From positions 1,795-65,794 of IMG/VR virus record IMGVR_UViG_3300030329_003041: a stretch of 64,000 bases of DNA, one strand, 5' to 3'. The stretch's first letter is position 1. Each line of letters begins with the position of its first letter. Below the pieces are notes generated by a model that did no database searches, was not told the DNA's origin, and saw only the letters and a list, made by a program, of their open reading frames with translations. Shown here in pieces: positions 1-8,320 of this stretch. Origin of the DNA: a virus. Taxonomy: Duplodnaviria; Caudoviricetes. The translations under genes and the position numbers were made by a program.

Positions 1-6
1 TATTAA

Positions 7-225
7 TTACTTGATCTCATGCTCGCGAGCCCAAGTAGGAAGATTGTTAGTATTTGTGTAGTTGCCATATTTGTGCCAGCATGGCATAGCTTCTAACTTC
101 TTCTCATTAGCTTTGTAGACAACATCATGGTTGTACTTCCTTGTCTCACCTTTCTTGTTAGTGAAAGTTATGACAATGTTCTTGCCAATTAAAGTTTTTC
201 TCAATACAAATCTTTTTGATTTCAT
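7..225 (-). CDS. early hypothetical protein, paralog of 431..682
   Basis: 72-aa ORF; near-identical to 431..682 (RFVxRKTLIGK...KLEAMPCW.KY.NYTNTNNLPTWAREH); promoter motif 26 nt upstream. Confidence 0.85.
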   Translation of the reverse strand: MKSKRFVLRKTLIGKNIVITFTNKKGETRKYNHDVVYKANEKKLEAMPCWHKYGNYTNTNNLPTWAREHEIK

Positions 226-250
226 AGCATATAGTTTTTAAATTCAGAAT

Positions 251-283
251 TATTATCTTATAATGATCGTGCTGACTTTGTGA
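251..283 (-). promoter_or_regulatory. phage early promoter-like motif, copy 1
   Basis: + strand TATTATCT-N8-TCGT-N6-TTTGTGA (= TCACAAA-N6-ACGA-N8-AGATAATA on -), upstream of ORF 7..225. Confidence 0.8.
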
Positions 284-322
284 CGCGGGAAAATACGTGC
301 CCACTTTGTGAGTGCTATACAC

Positions 323-351
323 GTAAAAGAAAAGCCGCTCATTCGAGCGAC
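323..351 (-). terminator. intrinsic terminator after 431..682
   Basis: - strand GTCGCTC-GAAT-GAGCGGC hairpin followed by TTTTCTTTT. Confidence 0.6.
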
Positions 352-428
352 TGATCTTGAACCATGATCACACAGATCACCAAGCAGAGGATTACCACTG
401 CACCTACAAATATATCGAACATAAGCGG
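335..428 (-). ncRNA. putative structured RNA element between the paralogous early genes
   Basis: closing stem CCGCTTA..TTCGA / TCGAA.TGAGCGG enclosing GCAG/CTGC and TGATCT/AGATCA hairpins; GC-rich relative to the genome. Confidence 0.4.
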
Positions 429-430
429 AG

Positions 431-682
431 TTATTTAGACTCCACTTGATGTTCTCTCGCCCATGTCGGCAAGTTATTAGTGTTGGTGTAGTTTTTATAC
501 TTGTTCCAACACGGCATTGCCTCGAGTTTCTCTTTGTTGGCATTGTACACCGCGTCGTGATCGTAGGTGAACGAGTTGCCTTTCTTGTTAGTGAATGTGA
601 TGATCGCCTTTTTACCGATCAATGTCTTACGCATAACGAATCGATTAGTAGTCATGCTGTTCAATGCTGCCTTCTTAGCCAT
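431..682 (-). CDS. early hypothetical protein, paralog of 7..225
   Basis: 83-aa ORF with A-rich 5' leader and promoter motif upstream. Confidence 0.85.
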   Translation of the reverse strand: MAKKAALNSMTTNRFVMRKTLIGKKAIITFTNKKGNSFTYDHDAVYNANKEKLEAMPCWNKYKNYTNTNNLPTWAREHQVESK

Positions 683-719
683 AGCTTTTAAGTATTAGTT
701 AATAATTAATTTTCAAGTT

Positions 720-752
720 TATTATCTAAATATAATCGTGCCCAGTTTGTGA
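720..752 (-). promoter_or_regulatory. phage early promoter-like motif, copy 2
   Basis: TATTATCT-AAATATAA-TCGT-GCCCAG-TTTGTGA on +. Confidence 0.8.
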
Positions 753-814
753 TGCCAAAAATAAATTGCCAAAATAATTTAGCCGAGCAAATATACTTAT
801 TTAAACTTCAAATA

Positions 815-847
815 TATTATCTAAAAATATTCGTGCCGACTTTGTGA
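815..847 (-). promoter_or_regulatory. phage early promoter-like motif, copy 3
   Basis: TATTATCT-AAAAATAT-TCGT-GCCGAC-TTTGTGA on +. Confidence 0.8.
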
Positions 848-907
848 CGAAATGGGGGGCTGGGCTAAAATATTTGACTTTTGATAGTCGTTGTCACTTT
901 GTGAGAA

Positions 908-922
908 GGGGTGCAGCACCCC
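908..922. repeat. GC-rich perfect palindrome GGGGTGC-A-GCACCCC in the divergent intergenic region
   Basis: seen directly; near a G-rich run at 854-865. Confidence 0.7.
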
Positions 923-950
923 GGTTCTATATTTGTAATAACTTTTTATA

Positions 951-995
951 TGACATTAGGCTGTTAATAAAGAAGAGTAGTAGGCTACTGTCACA
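951..995. promoter_or_regulatory. inverted-repeat operator-like site (TGACA..AG.C-spacer-GCTA.TGTCACA), copy 1
   Basis: matches the site at 59177-59222 in half-site sequence and span. Confidence 0.6.
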
Positions 996-1019
996 GTTTT
1001 AACTATCATGTGTTTTTAA

Positions 1020-1030
1020 GTGATAGTATA
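1020..1030 (+). promoter_or_regulatory. putative late promoter element GTRA-N3-TAWA
   Basis: GTGATAGTATA; similar elements at 1967, 29737, 32059 and 40708 in + arm intergenic gaps. Confidence 0.4.
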
Positions 1031-1033
1031 CGT

Positions 1034-1288
1034 ATGGCATATGTACAGAAGAATAGTCCGTTTAGAAAGCAGAAGTTATCGGCTAAAGCTGCAAAGGCTA
1101 AAGCAGAGAGAGACTTAGCTTATGCAAACGGTCCTTATAAGAAGAAAAGAGCTGAGAATCAGAGAAAGCGACGTGCTGCTAAAAAGCGTGGAGTTAATCT
1201 AGAGGGCAAGGATTATGACCATACAACGCAATCATTCGTATCGGTTAAAAGTAACCGCGGTGGATTTGGTAATGGAACTAACACTTAA
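1034..1288 (+). CDS. small basic protein, degenerate HNH-like
   Basis: ATG at 1034 (MAYVQKNSPF) preferred over the track's GTG at 1010; GKDYDH...SNRG resembles minimal phage HNH proteins. Confidence 0.6.
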   Translation: MAYVQKNSPFRKQKLSAKAAKAKAERDLAYANGPYKKKRAENQRKRRAAKKRGVNLEGKDYDHTTQSFVSVKSNRGGFGNGTNT

Positions 1289-1299
1289 TATATAAAAAC

Positions 1300-1959
1300 A
1301 TGGCATTTAAAATGAAAGGTTGGTCGGGTAATCACGGTAATAGTCCGACTAAAAATTATAAAAAAGGATATTACGGGGATTCTCCAAATAAAAAAACTTG
1401 GAAAGAAGCTTATAAAAGCATGAAGAGTGATCCTAAATTATCGAAAATTTATGGTAACCTAAGTGAAGCTGAATATATAGCTGAAGCTAAGAGACAAAAA
1501 GCTAAACACGCAGAAACAGGTAAGTGGGATGCTCCTAAAAAACCTATGAAAACTTCTTCTACAAAAACTGAAGTAAAAACTAAAACGGTCCAACAACCAT
1601 CAAACGTTTATAAAGAAGGAGAAGTAAAAACTGTACCTGTCACAGAAAAAACGAAAAAACAAACTAAGACAGATAAAAAAATAGCAAAAGCAGTTTCTAA
1701 AGGTAAATTAAAAAAAGCAGCTAAAATATCTGCTGTAGCTTCTCAACCTGGTACAAGTAAACTAGAGAAAAGACTTAATTACGCTGGAGAGAAAGCTAGA
1801 AAACGAAAAGCTTTAAGACAAGAGAAAAAAGAAAGAAAGCAAAACCTTAAAAAACAAGTATCTAGTTCATCTAGAACCGATAAAGAGAAAAAAGAGTGGT
1901 TGAAGACAGGTAAAAAGAATATTAGAAAAGATATTAGATCAAGAATGTCAAAAATATAA
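1300..1959 (+). CDS. Lys-rich protein, possible internal virion/DNA-binding protein
   Basis: 219 aa, very basic, N-terminus MAFKMKG..NSPTK. Confidence 0.7.
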   Translation: MAFKMKGWSGNHGNSPTKNYKKGYYGDSPNKKTWKEAYKSMKSDPKLSKIYGNLSEAEYIAEAKRQKAKHAETGKWDAPKKPMKTSSTKTEVKTKTVQQPSNVYKEGEVKTVPVTEKTKKQTKTDKKIAKAVSKGKLKKAAKISAVASQPGTSKLEKRLNYAGEKARKRKALRQEKKERKQNLKKQVSSSSRTDKEKKEWLKTGKKNIRKDIRSRMSKI

Positions 1960-1966
1960 GATACCT

Positions 1967-1977
1967 GTAAATATAAA
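1967..1977 (+). promoter_or_regulatory. putative late promoter element
   Basis: GTAAATATAAA upstream of 2013. Confidence 0.35.
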
Positions 1978-2012
1978 ATTACAAACATACGTTTAACCTA
2001 AAACCAATAAAC

Positions 2013-2300
2013 ATGACGTACCTTTATTACCGGTCCACAAATGGACAACAACAAGTTAACCCAAAAACTAAGAGAGATTGGGAACACCTAGCCAACAAGG
2101 CAAATTGGAGAATTGTTCAATTACCTAACGGCTATTACCAAACTGAAGTTTCTAACCCTGATAATGAGGAAAGTTGGCAAGATGTTACTCGCCGAGAGAC
2201 ATTAGAAGGTGCTGAAAAGGCTATCGACGGAAGTGTTGATCATTTTTCTAAAAAACTAGAGGCTATCAAAGGACCAAAAGTGGTAAAAACTTTTAATTAA
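2013..2300 (+). CDS. hypothetical protein
   Basis: 95-aa ORF with A/C-rich leader, followed by a terminator. Confidence 0.75.
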   Translation: MTYLYYRSTNGQQQVNPKTKRDWEHLANKANWRIVQLPNGYYQTEVSNPDNEESWQDVTRRETLEGAEKAIDGSVDHFSKKLEAIKGPKVVKTFN

Positions 2301-2305
2301 TGCAT

Positions 2306-2333
2306 GAGGAGCGCAAGCTCCTCTATTTTTTTT
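2306..2333 (+). terminator. intrinsic terminator
   Basis: GAGGAGC-GCAA-GCTCCTC hairpin (GNRA loop) + T tract. Confidence 0.8.
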
Positions 2334-2349
2334 AATTTAATTTAATAAA

Positions 2350-3912
2350 ATGGAGTACAATAACCCTTCTCAGCTCATAAAAGAGTTGAATTTTGGCCAA
2401 AATGCCAAATCTAAGATTGCAAGTGGCGTAAATAAGCTTGCAAAAGCAGTAAAATCGACGCTTGGAGCGTCGGGAAAGTGTGTGATTTACGAAGATGCAC
2501 GAGGAAATCCAGTAATTACTAAAGATGGTGTGACAGTAGCGGAAAGTGTAGTACTTTTTGATCCAATTGAGAACATCGGAGCAACGATGATCAAGGAAGC
2601 TGCTAAAAATACCGTAAAAGAGGCTGGTGACGGAACTACAACTGCCACTGTTTTAGCTGAAGCTTTGTTAAGTAGTATTTCTAAGCATAGCGATGGACCT
2701 ATTAGAGCTCTAAAAAATGGTGTTAATTCAGGTTTAAAGAAGATTAATAAATATTTAGATGAAGTCAAGATCGAAGTAGCAGACGAGAAGCTAGCTAACG
2801 TCGCTGCTATCTCTTGTAACAACGATTCTGAGCTAGGTGATATTATAGCTGAGGCCTACCAGAAAGTTGGTAAAGATGGTGTTGTGCTTATGGAAGAGTC
2901 TCCAACCGAGGATACTTACGTTGAGGTTGTTGATGGAGTACAATTTGAATGTGGAGTAACATCACCGCACTTCATCACAAATACAGATAAGCAGAAAGTT
3001 GAGCTTGAGCAGCCACTTGTTTTAATATGCATGTCTGAAATACCTAATATACGTAAGATTCAGAACATCTTAGAGTATGTTATTAAAAACAACCGATCTT
3101 TACTTATTGTAGCGGCAGTAAGTCAGCAAGTAAAATCGGCGCTGCTCATGAATAAAGTAAAAGGTAACATTAAGGTTAATATTGTAGATCTACCTGGTTT
3201 TGGTCCTACTAAGAAAGATACATGTGAAGACTTAGCCATATTAACAGGGGCTACGGTTGTAAATGAGGAGCTAGGAGACGATCTTGACCTTATAGATGTC
3301 GAAACACTAGGGGAAGCTGAATATGCGACCACAGATGACAGATATACAGTTCTAACGGTTGATTCTGATACTGAAGCTGTAGAAGAAAGAATCAAACAAG
3401 TTAGTAAGCAAATAAAAGATGAAAAGAATCAGTACATTAAGAAAAAGCTTCAAGAGAGGTTATCTATGCTTTCTGGTTCGGTTGGAGTTATCAAGGTTGG
3501 CGCAGATTCTAAGATTGAACTTAAAGAGAAGAAAGACAGGGTTGAAGATGCGATATACGCTGTTAAAGCTGCTCTTAAAGAAGGGATTGTTCCGGGCGGA
3601 GGTATTGCATTACTTAATGCTTCTCAAAAAATCGAACCCACTAACGTGGGTGAAAGAGCTATTATTGAAGCTATACAATCGCCTTTCAAAACAATAATGT
3701 CTAATGCAGGTCTAGAACCTCAAACTGTATCGGGTGAAGGTTTAGGCGTTGATGTCGTCACAGGTGATATTGTTGACATGGTCAATGCTGGTATTATCGA
3801 TCCAGTTCTCGTAACAAAGTCTGCACTCAAGAACGCTGTGAGTGTAGTTACAACTATAGTATCAGCGGACTGTGTAATCTCAAACGCAAGAGCAGATGAA
3901 AGCAATCAATAA
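2350..3912 (+). CDS. groEL: chaperonin GroEL (Cpn60)
   Basis: [41 protein letters not shown] motifs; lacks the GGM tail. Confidence 0.97.
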   Translation: MEYNNPSQLIKELNFGQNAKSKIASGVNKLAKAVKSTLGASGKCVIYEDARGNPVITKDGVTVAESVVLFDPIENIGATMIKEAAKNTVKEAGDGTTTATVLAEALLSSISKHSDGPIRALKNGVNSGLKKINKYLDEVKIEVADEKLANVAAISCNNDSELGDIIAEAYQKVGKDGVVLMEESPTEDTYVEVVDGVQFECGVTSPHFITNTDKQKVELEQPLVLICMSEIPNIRKIQNILEYVIKNNRSLLIVAAVSQQVKSALLMNKVKGNIKVNIVDLPGFGPTKKDTCEDLAILTGATVVNEELGDDLDLIDVETLGEAEYATTDDRYTVLTVDSDTEAVEERIKQVSKQIKDEKNQYIKKKLQERLSMLSGSVGVIKVGADSKIELKEKKDRVEDAIYAVKAALKEGIVPGGGIALLNASQKIEPTNVGERAIIEAIQSPFKTIMSNAGLEPQTVSGEGLGVDVVTGDIVDMVNAGIIDPVLVTKSALKNAVSVVTTIVSADCVISNARADESNQ

Positions 3913-4153
3913 CTATTTAGTAGTAGATAAGATCAAAGAAGAGCAACGTAAGGTTGCAGGTCTTATAATGACAGAGGATTTAGATGATGACAATAGGTAC
4001 TTAAAGGCTAAGGTAATATCAGCTGGTAATCTAGTTGAAGCTGTAGCTGAAGGTGATATGGTTTACTATGATAAACATGCTGGTCACGGAATACAATGGC
4101 AAGATAAACTTTATTTTGTCATTAGATCAAGTGATATTGTATTAGTAGATTAA
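3896..4153 (+). CDS. groES: co-chaperonin GroES (Cpn10)
   Basis: 85 aa overlapping groEL end; ..AGLIM..AKVISAG..V.EGD.V.Y pattern. Confidence 0.85.
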   Translation: MKAINNYLVVDKIKEEQRKVAGLIMTEDLDDDNRYLKAKVISAGNLVEAVAEGDMVYYDKHAGHGIQWQDKLYFVIRSSDIVLVD

Positions 4154-4229
4154 TCATAAACCAAAACCCGTAATCCTTAAACCTGAATTCGTAAACAATT
4201 ATTAATTATTAAACAAAAATTTTTAACAA

Positions 4230-4598
4230 ATGGAAAAATTTCTTTATTTCACTGACGGTACAGCAGGAGCAAATGCAACAACAGAGGCTATATGTGTTCC
4301 TGTTAGTATGATCAAAAGTATGGAACCTGTTAGTGCTTCGGCAATGAACATTTATTTTAAAGAATTACGAGAAGAACAAGGAGCTACACAAGCTGTAGCA
4401 ACAGCTAGATATTCTTACGTAGATCTTGAAATAACAGATGGAGGTTTTAAAGATGTATGTGAGGCTATAACTGGAGCTATAAATGACGTTAACAATAGTG
4501 GATTCATAGTTATAGCTGATACACTAAATAGCAAGTTTATACACCCTAACATTACTGATGCTACTATTAAGTATAGTGATACTGATACTGCTGCATAA
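4230..4598 (+). CDS. putative structural protein, paralog of 4631..5011
   Basis: shares LYF.DGTAGANATTEAICV...MIKSMEP.SAS.M.IYFKELREEQGAT. Confidence 0.8.
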   Translation: MEKFLYFTDGTAGANATTEAICVPVSMIKSMEPVSASAMNIYFKELREEQGATQAVATARYSYVDLEITDGGFKDVCEAITGAINDVNNSGFIVIADTLNSKFIHPNITDATIKYSDTDTAA

Positions 4599-4630
4599 TC
4601 TAATTATTAACTAATAAAATATAAAACATT

Positions 4631-5011
4631 ATGAAAAATATGCTTTATTTTAGTGATGGTACAGCAGGAGCAAATGCAACAACAGAAGCTATTTGCGTAT
4701 CATCAGACATGATTAAGAGTATGGAGCCTATTAGTGCTAGTTTGATGCACATTTATTTTAAAGAATTAAGAGAGGAACAAGGAGCTACAGCTGCTGTTGG
4801 AACTGACAGATTTACTTATGTTGTCTTAACAATTGGCGATGGAGATTTTCCAGCTGTTGCTGAAGATATTGTTACTGCGCTTAATTCAAGTAGAAAAAGT
4901 AATAACGGTTTTATTGTTATTGCAGATGCACTTAACGGTAAATTTTTAAATGGTAAAATCACAGATGCTAAAATAGTGTTTAGCGATGATGATATAGACT
5001 CTACTAACTAA
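4631..5011 (+). CDS. putative structural protein, paralog of 4230..4598
   Basis: tandem duplicate. Confidence 0.8.
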   Translation: MKNMLYFSDGTAGANATTEAICVSSDMIKSMEPISASLMHIYFKELREEQGATAAVGTDRFTYVVLTIGDGDFPAVAEDIVTALNSSRKSNNGFIVIADALNGKFLNGKITDAKIVFSDDDIDSTN

Positions 5012-5016
5012 TCTCA

Positions 5017-5457
5017 ATGAGATTAACATCTCACGATTTACGTGAATTACAAATCCTTAAGTATTACAGGCTCACTAGAAAGTGGGCTTGTAAGACTTAC
5101 GGGTTAACTGATGCAGATCTAGAGTTATTGATATATCTAGACTGTAAGAAAAGATTTACTCGAGCTGAATTTGAAGCTGGAGAATATACACTTAGCTGGG
5201 ATAAACACCGCTGGGAAAAACTAAGAAAAGAAGGCTGGATTGAGGTCTGGCGTCATCGAAATCGAACTACGATTAAGTACAGCGTCTTCAAAACCTCGTT
5301 TAAATGCAGCCAACTCATAAGCAGAATATATAGAATATTATTAGGCGAGGAGGATATTCCAACACACGATAAAAGTGTATTTTTTAAAAACAAATCATAT
5401 ACAGACAAAGTGTATAACAAAGCTGTAGATGATATGATAAAAGACTCTGAAAGATAA
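5017..5457 (+). CDS. hypothetical protein, possible winged-helix DNA-binding protein
   Basis: 146 aa; GLTDADLELLIYL...KLRKEGWI resembles a MarR/wHTH pattern. Confidence 0.6.
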   Translation: MRLTSHDLRELQILKYYRLTRKWACKTYGLTDADLELLIYLDCKKRFTRAEFEAGEYTLSWDKHRWEKLRKEGWIEVWRHRNRTTIKYSVFKTSFKCSQLISRIYRILLGEEDIPTHDKSVFFKNKSYTDKVYNKAVDDMIKDSER

Positions 5458-5816
5458 TGGGATTTAAACTAGGTTCTGAAAAAAGACAAATACGTAATTC
5501 AAGTAATACACCTATTATTAGAAAAAACTTAGACGATGGTATTTTAGGTGAAGCTAATATGGACGGTAGTATTTACATAGATAAATCAGTACCTAAAGAT
5601 AGTGCACTTGAAAAGAAAGTAATAGCACACGAATCCCAACATCTAAAAGATATGTCTACTGGAGAATTATCCTATACAGATGATTATGTTCGTTATAAAG
5701 GTGTAACATATCCTAGACGTGATGGTAAAATTAAATATAATGGCAAGTGGAGCGCAGAGGGCTCTAACGTTTTTCCTTGGGAGAAGAAAGCCGTAAAAGC
5801 TGAAAAGAATGCTTAA
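5457..5816 (+). CDS. small zincin-like metallopeptidase
   Basis: GEANMDGSIYI...VIAHESQH (HExxH). Confidence 0.7.
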   Translation: MGFKLGSEKRQIRNSSNTPIIRKNLDDGILGEANMDGSIYIDKSVPKDSALEKKVIAHESQHLKDMSTGELSYTDDYVRYKGVTYPRRDGKIKYNGKWSAEGSNVFPWEKKAVKAEKNA

Positions 5817-6228
5817 TAAAATGTTAGGTGGTATATTTGGTAAAGTATTAGATAATGCCAAAGGTATACTAGATGAGGTAATAACTACAGACGAAGAAAG
5901 AGAAAAAGTAAAGTTAGAGATCGAGAAAGTAATGCTCGAAGCTGAACGTGAAGCTTTTGCTAAAGAAGTGGAAGATCGTAAGTCAGCTAGAGACATGTAT
6001 AAAGATGATGCTATAATTCAGAAGATATTAGCAACACTGTTTACATTAGCTTATTTTGGTCTAACTTACGTGATGTTTAGATATTTCGTTTTAAAAGACG
6101 TTGTATTAGGTGATTATGAGATAGGATTCATTTCTACCACATTTGGTGCAATGAGTGCTAAAGTAAATACAATAATAGACTTCTTCTTCGGGGGAAGTTC
6201 AAAACAGAATCAACAAGTAAATAAATAA
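5809..6228 (+). CDS. holin-like membrane protein
   Basis: amphipathic N-terminus, D..SARDM, two hydrophobic helices, FFFGGS end (GTA 3TM holin-like). Confidence 0.6.
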   Translation: MLNKMLGGIFGKVLDNAKGILDEVITTDEEREKVKLEIEKVMLEAEREAFAKEVEDRKSARDMYKDDAIIQKILATLFTLAYFGLTYVMFRYFVLKDVVLGDYEIGFISTTFGAMSAKVNTIIDFFFGGSSKQNQQVNK

Positions 6229-6233
6229 AAAAA

Positions 6234-6629
6234 ATGGGATTAAATTCAACAGCAACAGCTTGGAATTTCGGACAGCTTGGTAGTGGACATCTTAAAGCCA
6301 ATGCTACCGATCTTACACCTCCGCATGGTAGAGTAATAGTTGCTATAACAATGTTAGAAGATGTAAAGTTTGATCAACTAGTAGCTGCAACCGACGGTTC
6401 GTCTAGTTTAGTAGATACTGCTGGATCACTAGGTGATGGTGTAGCTTTTATTGGTACTCAGACTCAAACTAGGGCTAATGGTTTAGATCAATCAAATGAT
6501 ACCGCTGAGAGTGAAGCAATAGCAGATACCGTTATATTTCCAGAGGGCTTAACTATTTACGGTAGATGGAATAGAGTATCTTTACAAACTGACTATACAC
6601 ATGGTGTAATAGTTTATTACGGCTATTAA
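6234..6629 (+). CDS. putative virion protein
   Basis: 131 aa; FPEGLTIYGRW...V.L C-terminus; within the structural operon. Confidence 0.65.
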   Translation: MGLNSTATAWNFGQLGSGHLKANATDLTPPHGRVIVAITMLEDVKFDQLVAATDGSSSLVDTAGSLGDGVAFIGTQTQTRANGLDQSNDTAESEAIADTVIFPEGLTIYGRWNRVSLQTDYTHGVIVYYGY

Positions 6630-6976
6630 TGGCGTTGGGTAACGCAAATACATCAGCTCAAGCTAGAGGTAAAAATAAAGCTGTAAAAATTAGAAAACGT
6701 ACGGAGGTTAGAAACGCTAGCGGTTGGACCTCTTTCTCCAGCTCTACAGTTCAGAGTAATGGTAGTAATGCTTGTGCTGCAACTATGGACCAAACATATT
6801 ACCATGACGGTAGTAGTTCAGCTCCGACTGCAGGTGATAAAGTTTACTCAAAAGCTAGAGCTAATGATAGGTATTTTCTAGCAGATGGCCACTATAGAAT
6901 AGATGGTGGTGGAGGTAGGTTTAAAGCTATGCCTGTAACATCAGGTGTAGTTGGATCAATATCAGATTGTAGATAG
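6629..6976 (+). CDS. hypothetical (virion-associated) protein
   Basis: 115-aa ORF translationally coupled to the previous gene. Confidence 0.65.
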   Translation: MALGNANTSAQARGKNKAVKIRKRTEVRNASGWTSFSSSTVQSNGSNACAATMDQTYYHDGSSSAPTAGDKVYSKARANDRYFLADGHYRIDGGGGRFKAMPVTSGVVGSISDCR

Positions 6977-7011
6977 TAAATTTATATAAAACAATTAAAT
7001 TAAATTAAATT

Positions 7012-7302
7012 ATGAATACAACAAAAGAAAAACTCGTTGACCTTAAACCTAAAGCTAAAAAAATTGAAACTGAAGAACTAACTAAACTTCAGTCTTTAGC
7101 TAAAGGTATCAATCAAGCCCAAAAACAAATAGGTATCATTGAGGTTCAAAAGCACAGCATGCTTCATGACATTTTTGAAATGAGAAGTTATATTATGGAA
7201 GTTCAAAAAGAACTTAAAGAAAAATATGGTTGTGACGATGTGAGTCTAGAAGATGGTACAATAAACTATAATTCAAATGAATCAAACGAAGCTAATTCGT
7301 AA
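7012..7302 (+). CDS. hypothetical coiled-coil protein
   Basis: 96 aa, heptad pattern, ends KYG..VSLEDGTI. Confidence 0.7.
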   Translation: MNTTKEKLVDLKPKAKKIETEELTKLQSLAKGINQAQKQIGIIEVQKHSMLHDIFEMRSYIMEVQKELKEKYGCDDVSLEDGTINYNSNESNEANS

Positions 7303-7504
7303 GATTACAGTTGGAAAAGATTACAAGATAGACGCTATGCACTACTCTGTAGGTCAAGAAGTTTATGGTGGTCATACCATTTGTAATATTATGGAAGAAG
7401 AAGAAAAGTATAGTATTTATATTAAAAAAAACAAAGATATACTGCCTTGGAAAGATTTTAATAAAAACATGGCAATATCAGTTGAGTATAATTTAGAATA
7501 CTAA
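7277..7504 (+). CDS. hypothetical protein
   Basis: 75-aa ORF coupled to its neighbours. Confidence 0.7.
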   Translation: MNQTKLIRKITVGKDYKIDAMHYSVGQEVYGGHTICNIMEEEEKYSIYIKKNKDILPWKDFNKNMAISVEYNLEY

Positions 7505-8091
7505 TGAGAAGTATATATGGCTTTGTTATAAAACCAAAAGGTGGTAGATATAACAATACTAAAACAATCGGTGATAAAGAGTTAATAATAAACACTGAAA
7601 TATATAATCATCAATTTGTCAATAGAGAAGCCGAAGTTATATCTTGCCCAATGGTTGGTGATGACTTAGGGATAAAACCAGGTGATACAATAATAGTTCA
7701 TCATAATGTTTTTAGAAGATGGCATGATGTTAAAGGCAAAGAAAGAAATAGTAAATCCTATTTTAATGAAAATACCTATATTGTTTTCAAAGATCAAATA
7801 TTCTTATACAAAAATGATAAAAGTGATTGGAAAGCCCCTGATGGCTTTTCTTTTGTTATGCCCCTAAAATCTATAGACAAGTACGATATAGATCAAGAGA
7901 GGCCACTTATGGGTGTTATAAAGTACTCTGATGGTTCTTTTGATAAACAAGATTTAGTTGGTGTTAGACCAAACAGTAAGTACGAGTTTATAATTGATGG
8001 TCAGAGACTATATAGAGTTATGAACCATTTTATAACTATTAAGTATGAATATCAAGGAGACGAAGAAGAGTATAATCCAAGCTGGTCATAG
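7504..8091 (+). CDS. tandem GroES-like domain protein
   Basis: two GroES-type units: FVIKP...AEVISCP...IKPGDTIIV and FVMP...GVIKYS...DLVG...YEFIIDGQRLYRV. Confidence 0.6.
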   Translation: MRSIYGFVIKPKGGRYNNTKTIGDKELIINTEIYNHQFVNREAEVISCPMVGDDLGIKPGDTIIVHHNVFRRWHDVKGKERNSKSYFNENTYIVFKDQIFLYKNDKSDWKAPDGFSFVMPLKSIDKYDIDQERPLMGVIKYSDGSFDKQDLVGVRPNSKYEFIIDGQRLYRVMNHFITIKYEYQGDEEEYNPSWS

Positions 8092-8320
8092 AGCAGTGGA
8101 AGAATTAATTAAAGTAGCTAAAGAAGCTATAGTTGACAGCGGTGATGATATTACTGCTGATAGACTTAAAAATGCTGCTGCTACAAAAAAATTGGCTATC
8201 TTTGATGCTTTTGAAATACTCAATAGAATACAAGAAGAGCAAGCTATACTAGATGGTAAAACTGAAGATAAAAAAGAAGACAAAGTTTTCAAAGGTTTTG
8301 CTGAAGGTAGATCTAAGTAA
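8045..8320 (+). CDS. putative terminase small subunit
   Basis: 91-aa helical protein coupled directly upstream of terL. Confidence 0.5.
   Translation: MNIKETKKSIIQAGHRAVEELIKVAKEAIVDSGDDITADRLKNAAATKKLAIFDAFEILNRIQEEQAILDGKTEDKKEDKVFKGFAEGRSK

Noticed and set aside
253-691. ORF-track entries 253..543 (-) and 446..691 (+)
   Set aside because: Shadow frames overlapping the paralogous gene, its promoter and its terminator
928-935. Host Bacteroidota promoter (TATATTTG -7 box) driving the late arm
   Set aside because: Nearest TTTG is 26 nt upstream rather than 19-21; not enough support to call
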